From: Okamejei kenojei
Taxonomy: Eukaryota
DNA: 64,000 nt
Assembly: GCA_035221665.1 (NCBI GenBank)
Contig: CM069140.1
Span: forward strand, 28,148,001 to 28,212,000
Reading direction: 5' to 3'
Shown one piece after another: positions 22,771-36,245 of this stretch. Each line of letters starts with the position of its first letter. Position 1 is the first letter of the stretch. A program made the position numbers and the translations under genes. The notes beneath the pieces were generated by a model that saw only the letters and a program-made list of their open reading frames with translations, searched no databases and was not told where the DNA came from.

Positions 22771-22828
22771 TACAGTTCTTCATTGTTACACATGTCATTG
22801 TACAGTTCTTCATTGTTACACATGTCAT
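22771..22828. repeat. 30-bp-period tandem duplication
   Basis: TACAGTTCTTCATTGTTACACATGTCAT twice. Confidence 0.95.
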
Positions 22829-24074
22829 GATAGTTATACATTTAAAGGAATTATTATCATATAGCCCAGCTATGAACTAAAAGGAAAATGTTTGGGTTTT
22901 CTTGTAGTTTACGTGTGCATTCATAGAAAATGTCAACATAAAGTTTGAAAAAGTGAGTTCTGTAACCATTTTCTGATTTACTGTACCGGCTAGTTCCGGA
23001 ATTTAATATCAGCAAAAATTACACTAGATAACATCTGTCTCTCAGGTGAAAGATAAAGATCCAATAACCTGCAGCATTATTTTAAGGCACAACAGAGACG
23101 TTTTTCATTGTACTGGCTGGTATTTACACAAGCAATATCACCAATTTGTTATTATTTTAAGATTTTTTTAAGTATTTGGTATGGTGTTTCTTAAATTACA
23201 ACTGTGACTCCACTTCAGAAGCACTTTACTAGTTGTAAAACATTGTGTTATTCTTCAAGGTCATAAATGAAAGAATACACATCCAACTCATCTTTCTTTT
23301 CATTACACCAAACTCAATGAAGCCAGGCAGGAGGGTGGTTTCCAAACAAATATTCAGCTCTTGCCCCCAAAAATAATTTCCCTCTGCTCATCTTCCCTCC
23401 TGCTCACTCATGAAATGTAATCAACTCTTCAATTTGGGTGCTAAATTAATATCTTAAGCCTTTGTTATAATAATTCAGGAAGGTGATATGATCTGTTGTT
23501 TTTGTTCAAAGAGGAGCAGGTGGTCTGGAAATATGTACAAGATACATGCTAACTGCTGATAAATATTTGTGGAAATTGTTGGTACAGAATAACTGCCCTA
23601 GATCATTTATTCCAATTCAAACAGTGAATCAATATGTGTGAAGACCATGGAGAATTTGCAATGTGATAAATTATTCATCATTTAAATGCATGTATTGCAA
23701 CATCATGTGTAATAACCTAAGTGACTAATAACCTGCAACAACACGTTGGTAATCATTCCTAGAATTCATAAAGGTGTGCTTTAGCTGTAGTTTAAATTAT
23801 TACGTAAAATAACATGATATAGACATACAAAGGTTGAAAGACATGAAGTTGAATGTTGAGTTAGGTCTTGGTCAGGATGGCAATGGTGAATTTTTTTATT
23901 GATTCTTTGGGTTATTGAGGGAAAATTAATCATGCTTCACCAATCACTAACCAATGACCTTTGTTAGAAGGATGATATGTGGGATTATAAATTATACGAC
24001 AGTGAAAAAAAAGTGCGCAAAACAAGACGTTACTGCAAAACTACAATCATAAACAAGTCTATGATTGTATTGGT

Positions 24075-24700
24075 ATGGGTTTATTATAGGCACATGTACC
24101 AAAATACAATTGGTTTGTGTGCTATCCAAGTAGATCATACCACGAGTAAAAAATATAGTGCGGAATATAGTGTTAAAGCTATAGTAAAACTGCAGATTAA
24201 AAAAAAGTGCTGCAAGGAGTTAGATTGGAAATTCTTCCTTTGTCTAGGGGAGATCCGTTCAAGAAAACGATAACAGAGGGAAAGTGGCCGGTTCTTGAGT
24301 CTGGTGGTGTAGGCGTTATACCTTCTGCCTGATGGGGGAGGGGAGAAGAGAGAATGACCAGGGCATGAGTGGTCCTTGTTTATGTTGACTATTATCCCAC
24401 AAAAGCATGAAATATAGATGGAGTCAATGGGAAGGGTGTGTGATGAACTGGGCTGCATCCACAACTCCCTGCAGGTTCTTGTGGTCTTGGGCAGTGAAGT
24501 TGCCAAACCAAATAAAAGAGGCAGTCGCTAGTGTTCCATTACTGAGAGAAGGTCAAGGTTGTGAGATCAGTTCAAGAATCTGATTAATGTAGGAAAGTAA
24601 CTGTTCTGGAACCTGGTAGTGTGCAACCTCAGACTTCTGTATGGCAGGAGCAAGAAGTGGGCATGGCCTGGATGGTGAGGATCTTTGATGATGGTGGGAA
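24075..24700 (-). mobile_element. Two Rex1 3' fragments
   Basis: INKDHSCPGHSLFSPPPSGRRY..TTRLKN; second TTRFQNSYF segment. Confidence 0.75.
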
Positions 24701-25274
24701 GGACTGCAGCCTGATGTATTCATTTGTTATCAAGTGAGTCAAGAGCAGAATGAGGACAGTGAAATAGCACCTGTTCTTGACCTGTTATAGCAATAGACAA
24801 ATTGAAACATATCTAGGTCCTCTCTGAGGCAGGAGTTGGTTTGTGCCTTAACCAACCTCTCAAAGCATTTCAATTATGGCAAAATAACTTGCAAGTAATT
24901 GATTCTTGAATTTAGCAGCTGTTGGTCACGTTGCAACATTTTTATATTTCTATATTACTTCTATCCTATTTTCAGGAAGCAAGAAAACAACGAGAATATG
25001 ATTTTATTTGTGGTGTGAATGTGGTCAAAACAGCATATTTTATGTCTTTTAATTACTAGAAATAAATCACACAATTCCTGGGTTAGTGTTAGGTATAAAA
25101 CATTTCCCTTAGGATATAAACAGTTGAAAAGTGCTAAAGCAAGTCATACTCTCATTAAAGTTTATCACTTCTCAGTTAGTTTACATTAATTTGATGTCAC
25201 CAGATGTTTCCAGTTGAAATCATTAATAAAGTAGTACAAGCTCCTGTTTTATAACAGAACACAAGTTATCATAG

Positions 25275-25640
25275 TTTTAAGAACAAGTAAGGAGGCCATT
25301 CACTTCATTACATGCATGCTGGTTCCCAGGGAAGCCATGTCCTTTTGCTTTTCTTACTTGTGAACTTCCGAGCAACTCATTCTCCCTCATACATCCATCA
25401 AAGCATTTTTTATAATTATTTTTGCCATTTGCCAGAGGTAACCTAACCAAAGGTAATTTGAAATAGCCAAGCAACCTACCAGAACTGTTTATGGAGGTGG
25501 GAGTAAATCTGAACATGCATAGTAGGATATCCACAAAGTTACGGAGAGAGCATGCAAACTCTGCAAGGAAGGCAGCCACGGTCAGATCGATTCAGGGATT
25601 TTGAAGCTGTGAGGAGAACTTACTTCTGTGCCACAATGCC
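25275..25640 (-). mobile_element. Old V-SINE with CR1-like tail
   Basis: Degenerate GAGTTTGCATGCTCTCTCCGT core. Confidence 0.5.
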
Positions 25641-26993
25641 ACTCAAGGATAATGCCTCAGAATTGATTGTGTAGTGATTTCTCAAATAATTCTGGGCAGC
25701 ACAATGGTCAGACTCTCAGCTCCAGCCACCCAGATTCAATCTCTGATGCTACTGTGGGAAGAGCAAGGAGATGGGATTGATTGAATGTAGCCTCCCGTGA
25801 TACAATGATTGTGTGATTTCATGGTCAAGCCAAAAACCCACATGCCAATCAACCTATTAATGGAGTTGAAAGTACTGGAGGAAACAATCAGTGATAAAAT
25901 AGTTTTCATTGGAAATTCATGAATAAAATAAAGAGAGCCAGCATGCACTTGTTATTGACAAAGCAAAACCTGGTTAAGTTTATGGAATTTGTAAATGAGG
26001 CAACAGAAAAATCGGCCATGATACCAACCTCACAGGATTGCATGCATGTGTCAAACAGATGCAGAATGCAATAGACACAGCTACGTAATGGCTCAAACTT
26101 GGGATCAATTTTAAGTTCTACAGCCTTTCTGCATCCAGTTATAAATGCTGGCAGACAATTTCACAATAACAGGAAGGAGATGTTCCACCATAACCTCATC
26201 TTCAGTGATAGGAGTCCAGCAAATAAATGTGAAAGACCTTCACAACCATCTTCAGTCAGGAATGAAATTCAGAAGTCCTTTCTGCAGTTCTATCTTAACA
26301 TCCCACTGATAGATCTATGAACTCGGAGTATACAATACCAAAGTAATTTCAGTGCAGACCAAGCCTGCAACAAATGTAATTGAGAAGCTATGATACTTTA
26401 GGAAAAAAAATAATGGTAATGAATCAACAAAGCCTAGAAGTACAATGATACTGCTGTAGATTTCATTGGGGATTTGAGGATTTCATTAAAGATGACAGTC
26501 AGCGCGAACATGCTAATTATTAATGTTATTCCTGCTTGATTATACCCTTATTTATGAAATTGCACAACTGAGGAATAGAGCAATGTAATCTATCCAATAA
26601 CACTGAGAGACATTCAAAGGGCAATGAGGTAAATTGTGTCTGCGAACTCTGATGACACACAATTGCTTCGAAGCTATGAAAATGACAACTTGTTTCCGGT
26701 AGTGAGCTTTCCCAATAGATAAACCAGCAATATTGAGAATGTATCAAAAGTATGTATAGGCAAGTGAGATGCAGATTTCTATTCCATTCCAATTATTATT
26801 AACACGGCCCTGCCTACCATGTACAATGAGCCTCAACAAATTGCAACTGACCGTGGACTAAACAAATTGAAGTTAAGTAATATTGATTTCTTATTCTTGC
26901 AATTAAGGGCTAGTTTCCATGCTGTATAACTCTACAACTCTTAAAAAATAGAGTGAGCCTTAGGCACTGATCCTGAGGTAGGCTATCCTATTA

Positions 26994-27087
26994 TTCAGTC
27001 TGAAAAAGGGTCTCGGCCCGAAACGTCACCCATTCCTTCTCTCCAGAGATGCTGCCTGTCCCGCTGAGTTACTCCAGCATTTTGTGT
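26994..27087 (+). mobile_element. Penelope-derived hammerhead micro-insertion
   Basis: CTGAAAAAGGGTCTCGGCCCGAAACGTC; imperfect TSD CTATCCYATTA. Confidence 0.85.
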
Positions 27088-28843
27088 CTATCCCATTAGG
27101 CTGTTGACCTGATCTCTCCACTGTTTCCATGCTTCTTGGATGCCTGAATAGAGAATGTTAGTGTGTGCAAAGGAAAATAACAGAACAAAAAAAAAAACCG
27201 TGAGTGAGGAAGAATTTGAATGATTGAAAAGGTAGCAAATTGACACTCATGACTTGGGTGCAAAAAATTATGGCAGAGACCAATTATTGTGAACGATACG
27301 ATTTACATAACATTACTCCAGGTACACACCTGTGCTTTGGCTATCAGTATCAATGTGGGTAATGGTGCATAGTAGAAATTGGAACAGATGAAATCAAATG
27401 GCCATTGGGGAGTGGTACATGCTAACCCCAGTAAAACTACACTACAAATGATAATTTCCAATCAAAAATGTACTTGGATGTTTAAAAAAGGGCAGAAAAC
27501 TCAGAAATTGCAGCTTTTGAACAGAAACAGAATTGTGTATCATGGCAGTTTCACAAAATTGTATGTAAAATCTGCAGAAGGACAGGAAATTGTAGCCTAT
27601 CTATTAAAGGTTAGTGCATGCCCTTCCATTATTATTTCTGGGCACTTTTCCATCCCTTATCCTATTCAAAAAATAATCAACATCTTTTAGACGATATATT
27701 CAAATGATTGAAAAACAAGTCAATGATCCACCGGCTAGCTTGAAAATGTGTTTTCTCCTGTTAAGCTTCTTTGTTCTCCAGACCACAATTCTTCTATTAA
27801 TACGAGTCATCATTTGAAATTTAAAAAAAAGAAAGAATGGGGTAATACCTTCACATATGCCCTTCAGAAATGTTGGACAATAGTATTTCCACTTTGGAAA
27901 CCACTGAGATTAACTGAATATTTCAGAAATTAAGATGTCAAAGCAACAGCTGAATGTTATCGGAGAAAGACCCTGATGCAATAAAGCAAACGAAAGAGAA
28001 AGCAAATTCTGAATGCAGATGCAAATAGAGACCCCGCGCGCACTGGCCACAATTTGACAAAGAATGCAGTTTATGGAATCTGGGAAGAAAAATAAATCTG
28101 CCAGGAATGACAATTCCCAGCTGCATTTAGCTTAATTATTTCACTAAATGCTGCTGCCATTCGCAATAAGAGCACAGAAATTATGAATTTTGCAAAATGG
28201 TCTTGAGCAACATTTAATATGCATTATTGTAACACAAGTTAAATCAAAGGTTCACATGCTCTGCCAAATAATATCAGCTAAAAAATTCTCACGGGAAAAA
28301 ATCACTTTAATCTAGCACGATATCTGATAAATACAAAGGATGGTGCTACATTTGCATTAAATAGATATTGCAGCTTCAAGTTACACTATTTGTTGTGTGC
28401 TTTTATTAGCAGGCAGGTAACAAAATCAAGCCTTATCCGTCTTTTAAACCTTAAACTACCTTCCTGCCTTTGACAAATATCATGGCCTTTGTCTGATGAC
28501 CAGTTATTTAACAGCCAGCACAACTTTCTTGTTTCCACAAGAGATTACAACTTGAATGGAAAAAAATAGCTCCTTTCTTTCTTAGTGATAAATAAACAAT
28601 GAAAGCACACGGTTTAATCTCTGGTTTATGAAATTAGATGGGTGGTAGAAGGCTTGGTGTCCTTAGCTTACTGAACAGAAAGGGGAGGATGAAAAAGCAT
28701 TGTTTCTTTTGGTGATACAGTATGTTGTCTGTTTGAAGTGGATGCCAACTGTGCAAAAAAGAGTCTGCTGTGCAAGTCTAATGCATTCAATTCCATCAAA
28801 AATAATGGTCAAGAACCACATACAAAATAATGATCAAGGATTA

Positions 28844-28967
28844 GACACAAAATACTTGTCGAGACCCGAAACGTTACCCATTCCTTCTCTCCAGAGATTA
28901 TGCCTGTCCCACTGAGTGACTCCAGCATTTTGTGTCTACCTTCGGTTTAAACCAGCATCTGGCACAC
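28844..28967 (+). mobile_element. Penelope-derived insertion (collapsed inverted pair)
   Basis: 15-bp TSD AATGATCAAGGATTA (28829-28843, 28968-28982). Confidence 0.85.
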
Positions 28968-29242
28968 AATGATCAAGGATTACTTGGACAAGATATCATA
29001 GACTGCCTGGTGTCAATGCATCTGTAAAGGCACCACGTGAAGTACTTCTTAACTTACAATTAAAATAGTGGATTGACAGTTAAACCTGAACATTGAACTT
29101 AGTGCTTTGTAACGGGGAAATTAACTAAGTTTTAGTTTTACCATGACGATTGATTAGCTCCTTTGTCCTGTGTTGAAGGAAATGTTTGGTACATACAAAC
29201 AAATTACTATAATTGAAATAACATTTACCTGTGTCAGGGCAT

Positions 29243-29460
29243 AGATGGACACAAAAAGTTGGAGTAACTCAGTGTGACAGGCAGCATCTCTGGAGAAGGA
29301 ATGGGTGACGTTTCAGGTCCAGACCCTTCTTCAGATGAAGGGTCTCGACCCAAATCGTCACCCATTCCTTCCCTCCAGAGATGCTGCCTGTCCTGCGGAG
29401 TTACTCCAGCTTTTTGTGTCTATCTTCGGTTTAAACCAGCATCTGCATTTCCTTCCCACA
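29243..29460. mobile_element. Head-to-head Penelope hammerhead palindrome
   Basis: Inverted arms 29243-29425 centred on CTTCAGATGAAG. Confidence 0.85.
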
Positions 29461-29539
29461 CAATGACTTGCCATATTTGAGATTGGTCTTCACTGAGAAT
29501 TACTCTGTCTTAGAACCATTAGTTACTCATATTTTGCAT

Positions 29540-29772
29540 GCCATTGTGAGAAGAAAAGAAAACTTCTAGTTCCTATTAAATATTTCCCCTCTTGCTTTAA
29601 ACTTATGTCTTCTTGCTCTTGATTCGTCTATCTTGGGTAAAAGACTCTGTGCATTCACCCTATCAATTTGCCTCATAATTTTATACATCTCGATAAGATT
29701 ACTCCTTAGCCTCCTGCACTCGAATCAGTAAAGTTCTAGCTGGCTCAATCTCTCCCTGCAGCTCAAGCCATC
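29540..29772 (-). mobile_element. CR1 3' fragment
   Basis: Similar to 45400-45610. Confidence 0.7.
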
Positions 29773-30269
29773 GAGTAATGAGTAACAAAGATTATTGATG
29801 CCAAATGAAATTGCACCTGATTACTGCGTTATAATAGAGGGACTGCGGAAATATTCCAGGATACAGTGCAGACAAATGTCTGCAAATGTAACTATAATTG
29901 TGATGAATGAAGCATAATGCAACTGTTATAAAACAACATTAAATTAAGTTTGCAGATACAATTTGATTTGCCACTGCCTTTTTCTGTAATTCCCTAATAT
30001 TGAATTACTTTCTTTTTATAGAGATCATTGATAAACAAGAATATGCAACTCAATACAACCAGAGCTTCCAAATACGATTTCCAAAATATCACTTGAATGG
30101 TATTTCAGAGTCTCTGCCGAGTTAATTACGTAACTTGCGACAACAAGCAATATACATCCTCTCCTGTGGTAAGCGGACAGAGACCTGGAGCAGCGTTGGA
30201 GGTAGGTGAAAATATTAGCCATTCATCAAAAGGGGGAATTAAAAGTTTTAAATATTTTAAACTTCCAAC

Positions 30270-30467
30270 TTTAGAGATACAGTGCGGAGACAGGCCCTTT
30301 GGTCCACCACCAAATCCATGCCGACCAGCGATCACCCTGTACATTAACCTACACATTCTAGGGACAATTTTACAACTCGCCGAAGCCAATTATCCTAAAA
30401 ACCTGCACGTCCTTCCAGTGTGGAAGAAAACTGGAATATCCGGAGAAAACACACGTGGTCACAGGGT
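30270..30467 (-). mobile_element. V-SINE 3' part
   Basis: Reverse complement of the ~665-860 portion of the first SINE. Confidence 0.75.
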
Positions 30468-30808
30468 ATGGAAGGCCCTGCTGCCACAAGCAGTGACAGG
30501 TAGTAGATAGGACTGTTCGGTGACAGTTGTAACTTTGTCGGCACCAAACGTAGCGATAATTGTGTACTGCCTTTGTGAGGTTTGCCATATGATTTTACCG
30601 GGTTGCATGAAAAACAAAGCATTTCTGTACCTAGGTACGTATGGCAATAAAGTATCATTGAATCACTAAGGAAATAAGGAGACAAAACCATTCCTTCAAG
30701 GTTTTATTAAACTCTTCTTCCTTTTAAGACATTGTAGATTATGAAGAAAGGTTGTTATGGGATGCAAGGGAAGAGGAAATATTAAAATGATGACATTAGG
30801 ATGCAAGG

Positions 30809-30990
30809 ATCTATGGAGCGAAGGAACAGGTGACGTTTTGGGTCGAGACCCTTCTTCAAGAATGCTGAAGAAGTGTCTCGACTCGAAACGTCACTCATTC
30901 CTTCGCTCCATAGATGCTGCCTCACCCGCTGAGTTTCTCCAGCATTCTTGTCTACCGTCGATTTTTCCAGCATCTGCAGTTCTTTCTTAA
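30809..30990. mobile_element. Head-to-head Penelope hammerhead palindrome
   Basis: Inverted arms 30809-30915. Confidence 0.85.
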
Positions 30991-31009
30991 ACATTAGTTT
31001 AATCTCTCT

Positions 31010-31268
31010 TTCCGCTGAGACCGTTCCCTCCGCAACTCCCTGGTTAACTCTGTTTGCTTTGTTGTTACCTTCTCCTAGATAACAATGATCTATTCTACAT
31101 TTTCCTTGATCTCCACCACCTTCTCACACCTTACATGTCCTTATCTCTGTATCTCCCCCTCCCCTGACTCTCAGTCTGAAGAAGGGTCTTGATCCGAAAC
31201 GTCACCCATTCCTTCGCTTCAGAGATGCTGCCTGTCCCGCTGAGTTATCCCAGCATTTTGTGTCTACT
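31010..31268 (+). mobile_element. Penelope fragment (ORF piece fused to 3' pLTR with hammerhead)
   Basis: FR*DRSLRNSLV codons, then CTGAAGAAGGGTCTTGATCCGAAACGTC at ~31176. Confidence 0.8.
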
Positions 31269-31280
31269 TTAGGAATACTT

Positions 31281-32670
31281 ATAGACAATAGACAATAGGT
31301 GCAGGAGTAGGCCATTCGGCCCTTTGAGCCAGCACCGCCATTCAATGTGATCATGGCTGATCATGCCCAATCAGTACCCCGTTCCTGCCTTCTCACCATA
31401 TCTCCTGACTCCGCTATCTTTAAGAGCCCTATCTAGCTCTCTCTTGAAAGTATCCAGAGAACCGACCTCCACCACTCTCTGAGGCAGAGCATTCCATAGA
31501 CTCACAACTCTCTGTGAGAAAAAATGTTTCCTCGTCTCTGTCCTAAATGGCTTACCGCTTATTCTTAAACTGTGTCCCCTGGTTCTGGACTCCCCCAACA
31601 TCGGGAACATGTTTCCTGCCTCTAGCGTGTCCAAACCCTTAATAATCTTATATGTTTTAATAAGATCTCCTCTCATCCTTCTAAATTCCAGAGTGTACAA
31701 GCCCAGCCGCTCCATTCTCTCAGCATATGACAGTCCCGCCATCACAGGAATTAACCTTGTAAACCTACGCTGCACTTCCTCATTAGGGGACCAACACTGC
31801 ACACAATACTCCAGGAGTGGTCTCACTAGGGCTCTGTACAACTGCAGAAGGACCTCTTTGCTGCTATACTCAACTCCTCTTGTCATAAAGGCCAAAATGC
31901 CATTCGCTTTCTTCATTGCTTGCTGTACCTGCATGCTTACTTTCATAGACTGATGAACAAGGACCCCCAGATCCAGTTGTACTTCCCCTTTTCCCAATTT
32001 GACGCCATTTAGATAAAATCTTCCTTTCTGTTTTTGCTACCAAAGTGGATAACCTCACATTTATGCACATTAAACTTCATCTGCCATGCATCTGCCCACT
32101 CCCCCAACCTGTCCAAGTCACCCTACATTCTCATAGCATCCTCCTCACAGTTCACACTGCCACCCAGCTTTGTGTCAACTGCAAATTTGCTAATGTTACT
32201 TTGAATCCCTTCATCCAAATCATTGATGTATATTGTAAGTAGCTGTGGTCCCAGCACCAAGCCTTGCGGTACCCCACTAGTCACTGCCAGCCATTCTGAA
32301 AGGGACCCGTTAATCCCTACTCTTTGTTTCCAGTCTGCCAATTTTCTATCCATGTCAGCACTCTACCCCCAATACCATGTGCCTTAATTTTGCCCACTAA
32401 TCTCCTATGTGGGACCTTATCAAATGCTTTCTGAAAGTCCAGGTACACTACATCCACTGACTCGCCCTTGTCCATTTTCCTAGTTACATCCTCAAAAAAT
32501 TCCAGAAGATTAGTCAAGCATGATTTCCCATTCGTAAATCCATGCTGACTCGGACTGCTATCCAAATGTGCGGCTATTTCATCTTTTATAATTGACTCCA
32601 GCATCTTCCCACCACTGATTTCAGGCTAACTGGTCTATAATTCCCTGTTTTCTCTCTCCCGCCTTTCTTG
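31281..32670 (-). mobile_element. CR1 LINE, 5'-truncated, frameshifted RT
   Basis: YLDFQKAFDKVPH, GVPQG, YINDL, KFAVDTK; (TCTATTG)n tail. Confidence 0.93.
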
Positions 32671-32910
32671 AGGTTGAGGCTTGAATATTGGAAGAGCAGA
32701 AACTAAAAGTTACCAGAACTCCTGCATTTGCATAGAAAAAGCATCGATAGGTTAAGAAGACTTGGGCAAATAGGACATTAATTACTTTAACTTATTTACT
32801 CGGTTGATGTCAGCTGTTATAATGCTTTCAACAAAGATAAACTCCGTACATAACGTCAATCTTGGTGATCACCAAACCTGATTAGCAAATAAAACACCCA
32901 AATATTACCA

Positions 32911-33142
32911 TGTAGCGACACCTGGTGGTGACTTGGGGTAGTCAAACCATCGGATTGGCTGCACCAGTCACGTGGGCGCGGAGGGCGATATTCGCGTGCG
33001 TTTTACCAAGTTGTATCAGTCTAGCGCCACACTTGTGGAAGTAGCATCGTTTTGTGGCTGTATTATCACTCTGAGTTTATTCGTTGTTTCACAGTTGCAA
33101 AATAAAACAATTTAAATGCACTCACTGTCTCCACTCGCCAAA
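32911..33142 (+). repeat. 5' LTR
   Basis: TGTAGCGA...TCGCCAAA with AATAAA; matches 34767-34969. Confidence 0.9.
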
Positions 33143-33177
33143 AGGGTGACCCCGACGCGTCGACTCATATATTGGAA

Positions 33178-33844
33178 ATGCAAGCCACTGCCATTCCCGA
33201 CGCTCAGCAGAATGCCGTTGGCCTCAAGCTGCCCATGTTCTGGGCCGAACAGCCACAGATTTGGTTCACCCACGTAGAAGCGCAGTTTCATCTCCGCAAC
33301 ATCGTGGTAGATGACACCAAATACTTTCATGTCATCGGCGCTCGCAAAATACGAAGGCCTCAAGGCCCTCTTCCTACGCACGTTCGGGCTCAGTCGCAGA
33401 GATCGCACCACCCGCCTCTTACACATGGACGGGTTGGGCGATCGCAAGCCGTCCATGCTGATGGCCGAAATGCTCGCCCTGATGGACGACCACCGCCGTG
33501 TCTGCTCTTCGAACAGGCGTTCTTAGAGCAGATGCCTGACAACATCCGCCTCATGCTCGCCGGTGCCGATTTCACTGACCCCATGCAGCTCGCGGAGAGG
33601 GACGACGAACTCTGGCTCGCGAAGCAGCAAGATGGCGGCTATATCAACCGGGTCTCTGCGCCAGCTGCCTCGGCGGGATTGCGGGGATGCCACGCCCACT
33701 GCTTCAATCGCAGAGCCGCAGCCATGTGCCGTTGACCGGGGTAAGCACAAATGGTGCTTCTACCATCTCCGCTGGGGTGTTGAGGCTCGACGCTGCCGTC
33801 ATCCCTGCTCGTTTCAGGGAAACGCCTCGGCCGATCGTCTGTAG
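33178..33844 (+). pseudogene. Gypsy gag, frameshifted
   Basis: LKLPMFWAEQPQIWFTHVEAQF; WCFYHLRWGVEARRCRHPC. Confidence 0.88.
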
Positions 33845-33879
33845 AGGCGATCGCGATCGGCCCAAACAACCATCTCTGC

Positions 33880-34766
33880 GTCCGTGACCGTCATTCCAGC
33901 AGGCGTTTCCTCGTTGACTCCGTGGCCCAGAGCTCCTCACTCCCCATTTCAGTGCGGCGACCCCCAAGCACGGGGTCGTCCATCACATCCCCACCATGGG
34001 CCCTCTGGTACACGCCTGGGTGAGCCGTCTTCCACCGGACAAGCTGCGCATCGCCCGGGAGGAGTTTCAGCTCGTGGAGGACATGGAGATCGTCCAGCGC
34101 TCGGACAGACCGTGGGCATCTATGCTACACATTGTCCCCAAAACATCTGGGAGGTGGTGACCATGTGGGAACTATAGGCATCTGAACGCCATGACAACTG
34201 CGGACCGCTACCTGGTGCCCCACATCCAGAACTTTTCTGCCCACCTCGAGGGTGCCACCTTCTTCTCAAAAGTCAACCTTGTCCGTGGCTATAACCAGAT
34301 TCAAGTCCACCCGGACGATGTCACCAAGACCACGACAATCACCCCATTCGGGTTGTTTGAATGGCTGCGTATGCCCTTAGGATTGAAGAACGCCGTGCAG
34401 GTGTTCCAAAGACTTGTGGACAGGGTCAGGAGGGGTCTGCCGTTCATCTTTATCTAGCTCGATGACATCCTGGTCGCAAGCCGCACCCAGGACAAGCACA
34501 TCGAGCACCTGCGTACTCTCTTCCACGCCTCCTTGACCACGGCCTCATAATCAACCCCGCCATGTGCCAGTTCGGCCTCCGTTCCATCTCCTTTCTGGGG
34601 CACAGTGTGACGCCTCAAGGCGCCGCCCATTTACCCTCGAAGGTGGAGGGCCCTTTGCAGTTCCCCCGGCCTCACACGGTAAAGACGTTGCAGGAATTTG
34701 TTGGCATGGTAAACTTTTACCATGGTTTCGTGCCGGCAGCTACCAACATCATGCGCCTCCTTTTGA
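33880..34766 (+). pseudogene. Gypsy pol remnant (protease stub and RT)
   Basis: RRFLVD, TTADRYLVPHI, TPFGLFEWLRMPLGLKNA, *LDDILVAS, FVGMVNFY; no RNase H or integrase. Confidence 0.88.
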
Positions 34767-34969
34767 GTAGTCAAACCCTCGGATTGGCTGCACCGGTCAC
34801 GTAGGCGCGGGGGGCGATATTCGCGCCCCGTGCCAAGTTGTATCAGTCTAGCGCCACACTTGTGGAAGTAGCATCATTTTTTGGCTGTCTTACCGACCTG
34901 AGTTTATTCTTTGTTTTACCATTGCAAAATAAAACAATTTAAATTCACTCACTGTCTTGACTCGCCAAA
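34767..34969 (+). repeat. 3' LTR, first ~27 bp deleted
   Basis: Direct repeat of 32938-33142. Confidence 0.9.
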
Positions 34970-36245
34970 ACCATTGCAGCTGGCTATGGCATTGTCACTA
35001 CATGCAGACTTTCAATGCAACCCATGCACCAAATGTTCATGAATATAACTACAAGTAATTGTAAATGCTTAACTTACATTCACTGTGAAACAGCCTGGGG
35101 TGAAGGTGTCCCTGTGTTACTTTTCAATGTGGATCTGACAGCAAGCACATTAGCAGTCTTTTTTTCCCCTCTAAATCAAAAGCATTTGAACCCTTGCAAG
35201 AATATAAATAGAGATAGAAATAAACACCATTTAAAAATGCAAACTTGATTCAGGATTAGCACACTGTCCGTGACTCTAGGGATTTTGCACTTTAGTCCAT
35301 TTTAGCACAAGGGAAACACAGAGAATGCAGATACTGGAATTGGGAAGCAACATACATACATTTGCTGAAGGAACTCAGTGTATTAAGAAGCATTTAGGGG
35401 TGGAAAGGAATGGTCAATGTTTTGGGTTGAAAACCTGAATCAGTCTTTCACACCCAAACATGCTGCTCGACCCACTGAGTTCCTCCAGCAGATCTTCTGC
35501 TGCTCCATTTTACCACACAATGTCAGGGGCACCATTTTTTTAAAGTAATACCTTAAAACAAATCCTGCCTGCCTGTTCAGGTAGACATTGCATTCAATAG
35601 GTGCCTTAAATCCTTCCATTCGTAATTCAGATATAAAGATTTTAAACACAGAAATACAAATAATGGCTCAATATTGTCTGCAACTACAGATTTGTTGCGC
35701 TAAAAATTGTCTTTCCATCAATACTTGCAACTTGCAGCAGTATTATTAAGTGATATAATTCCAAAAACAACATGGAAATACTCTCAAGAACTGGCAAGGG
35801 AATCTTGTTGTGCGTGTAACAGGTGGGAGTTGATGGCTCCATCTTGAATTATTAAGCTGCAGTCCAAATGTAGACATGTTACTTGGGAGTTGTACAGCTT
35901 AGGTTCACAAGATTGATTCCTGAGATGACAGGACTGTCCAATAAAGGCAGACTGAGTACGATTGGCTTATGACCACTAGGTTATTTAGAAAATGTAAAGA
36001 TCAATGAATCAAAGTTTAGAACATTCTTAGAGAAATCTGCAAGGATGTGATTAAGCAAGAGGGCACAGAAATGATTCACGGGAACGATGGTGGGGCAGGA
36101 GTGCTTAGGTTATAAGGAGAGATCAGATAGGTTGGGACTGATTTCATGGGAATGATCGGCTGAGGGGCAATCTTCTTGAGGTTTATACAATTATGAGGGT
36201 CATAGATAGAATAAATTATTTTTCCCTAGGGAATCCAAAAGGTCA

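Larger units (their letters stand above)
32911..34969 (+). mobile_element. Ty3/Gypsy LTR retrotransposon, CsRn1-like, internally deleted
   Basis: 4-bp TSD ACCA (32907-32910, 34970-34973); two LTRs; tRNA-Trp-type PBS GGTGACCCCGACG at ~33145-33157; gag Cx2Hx9Cx3C motif. Confidence 0.92.
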
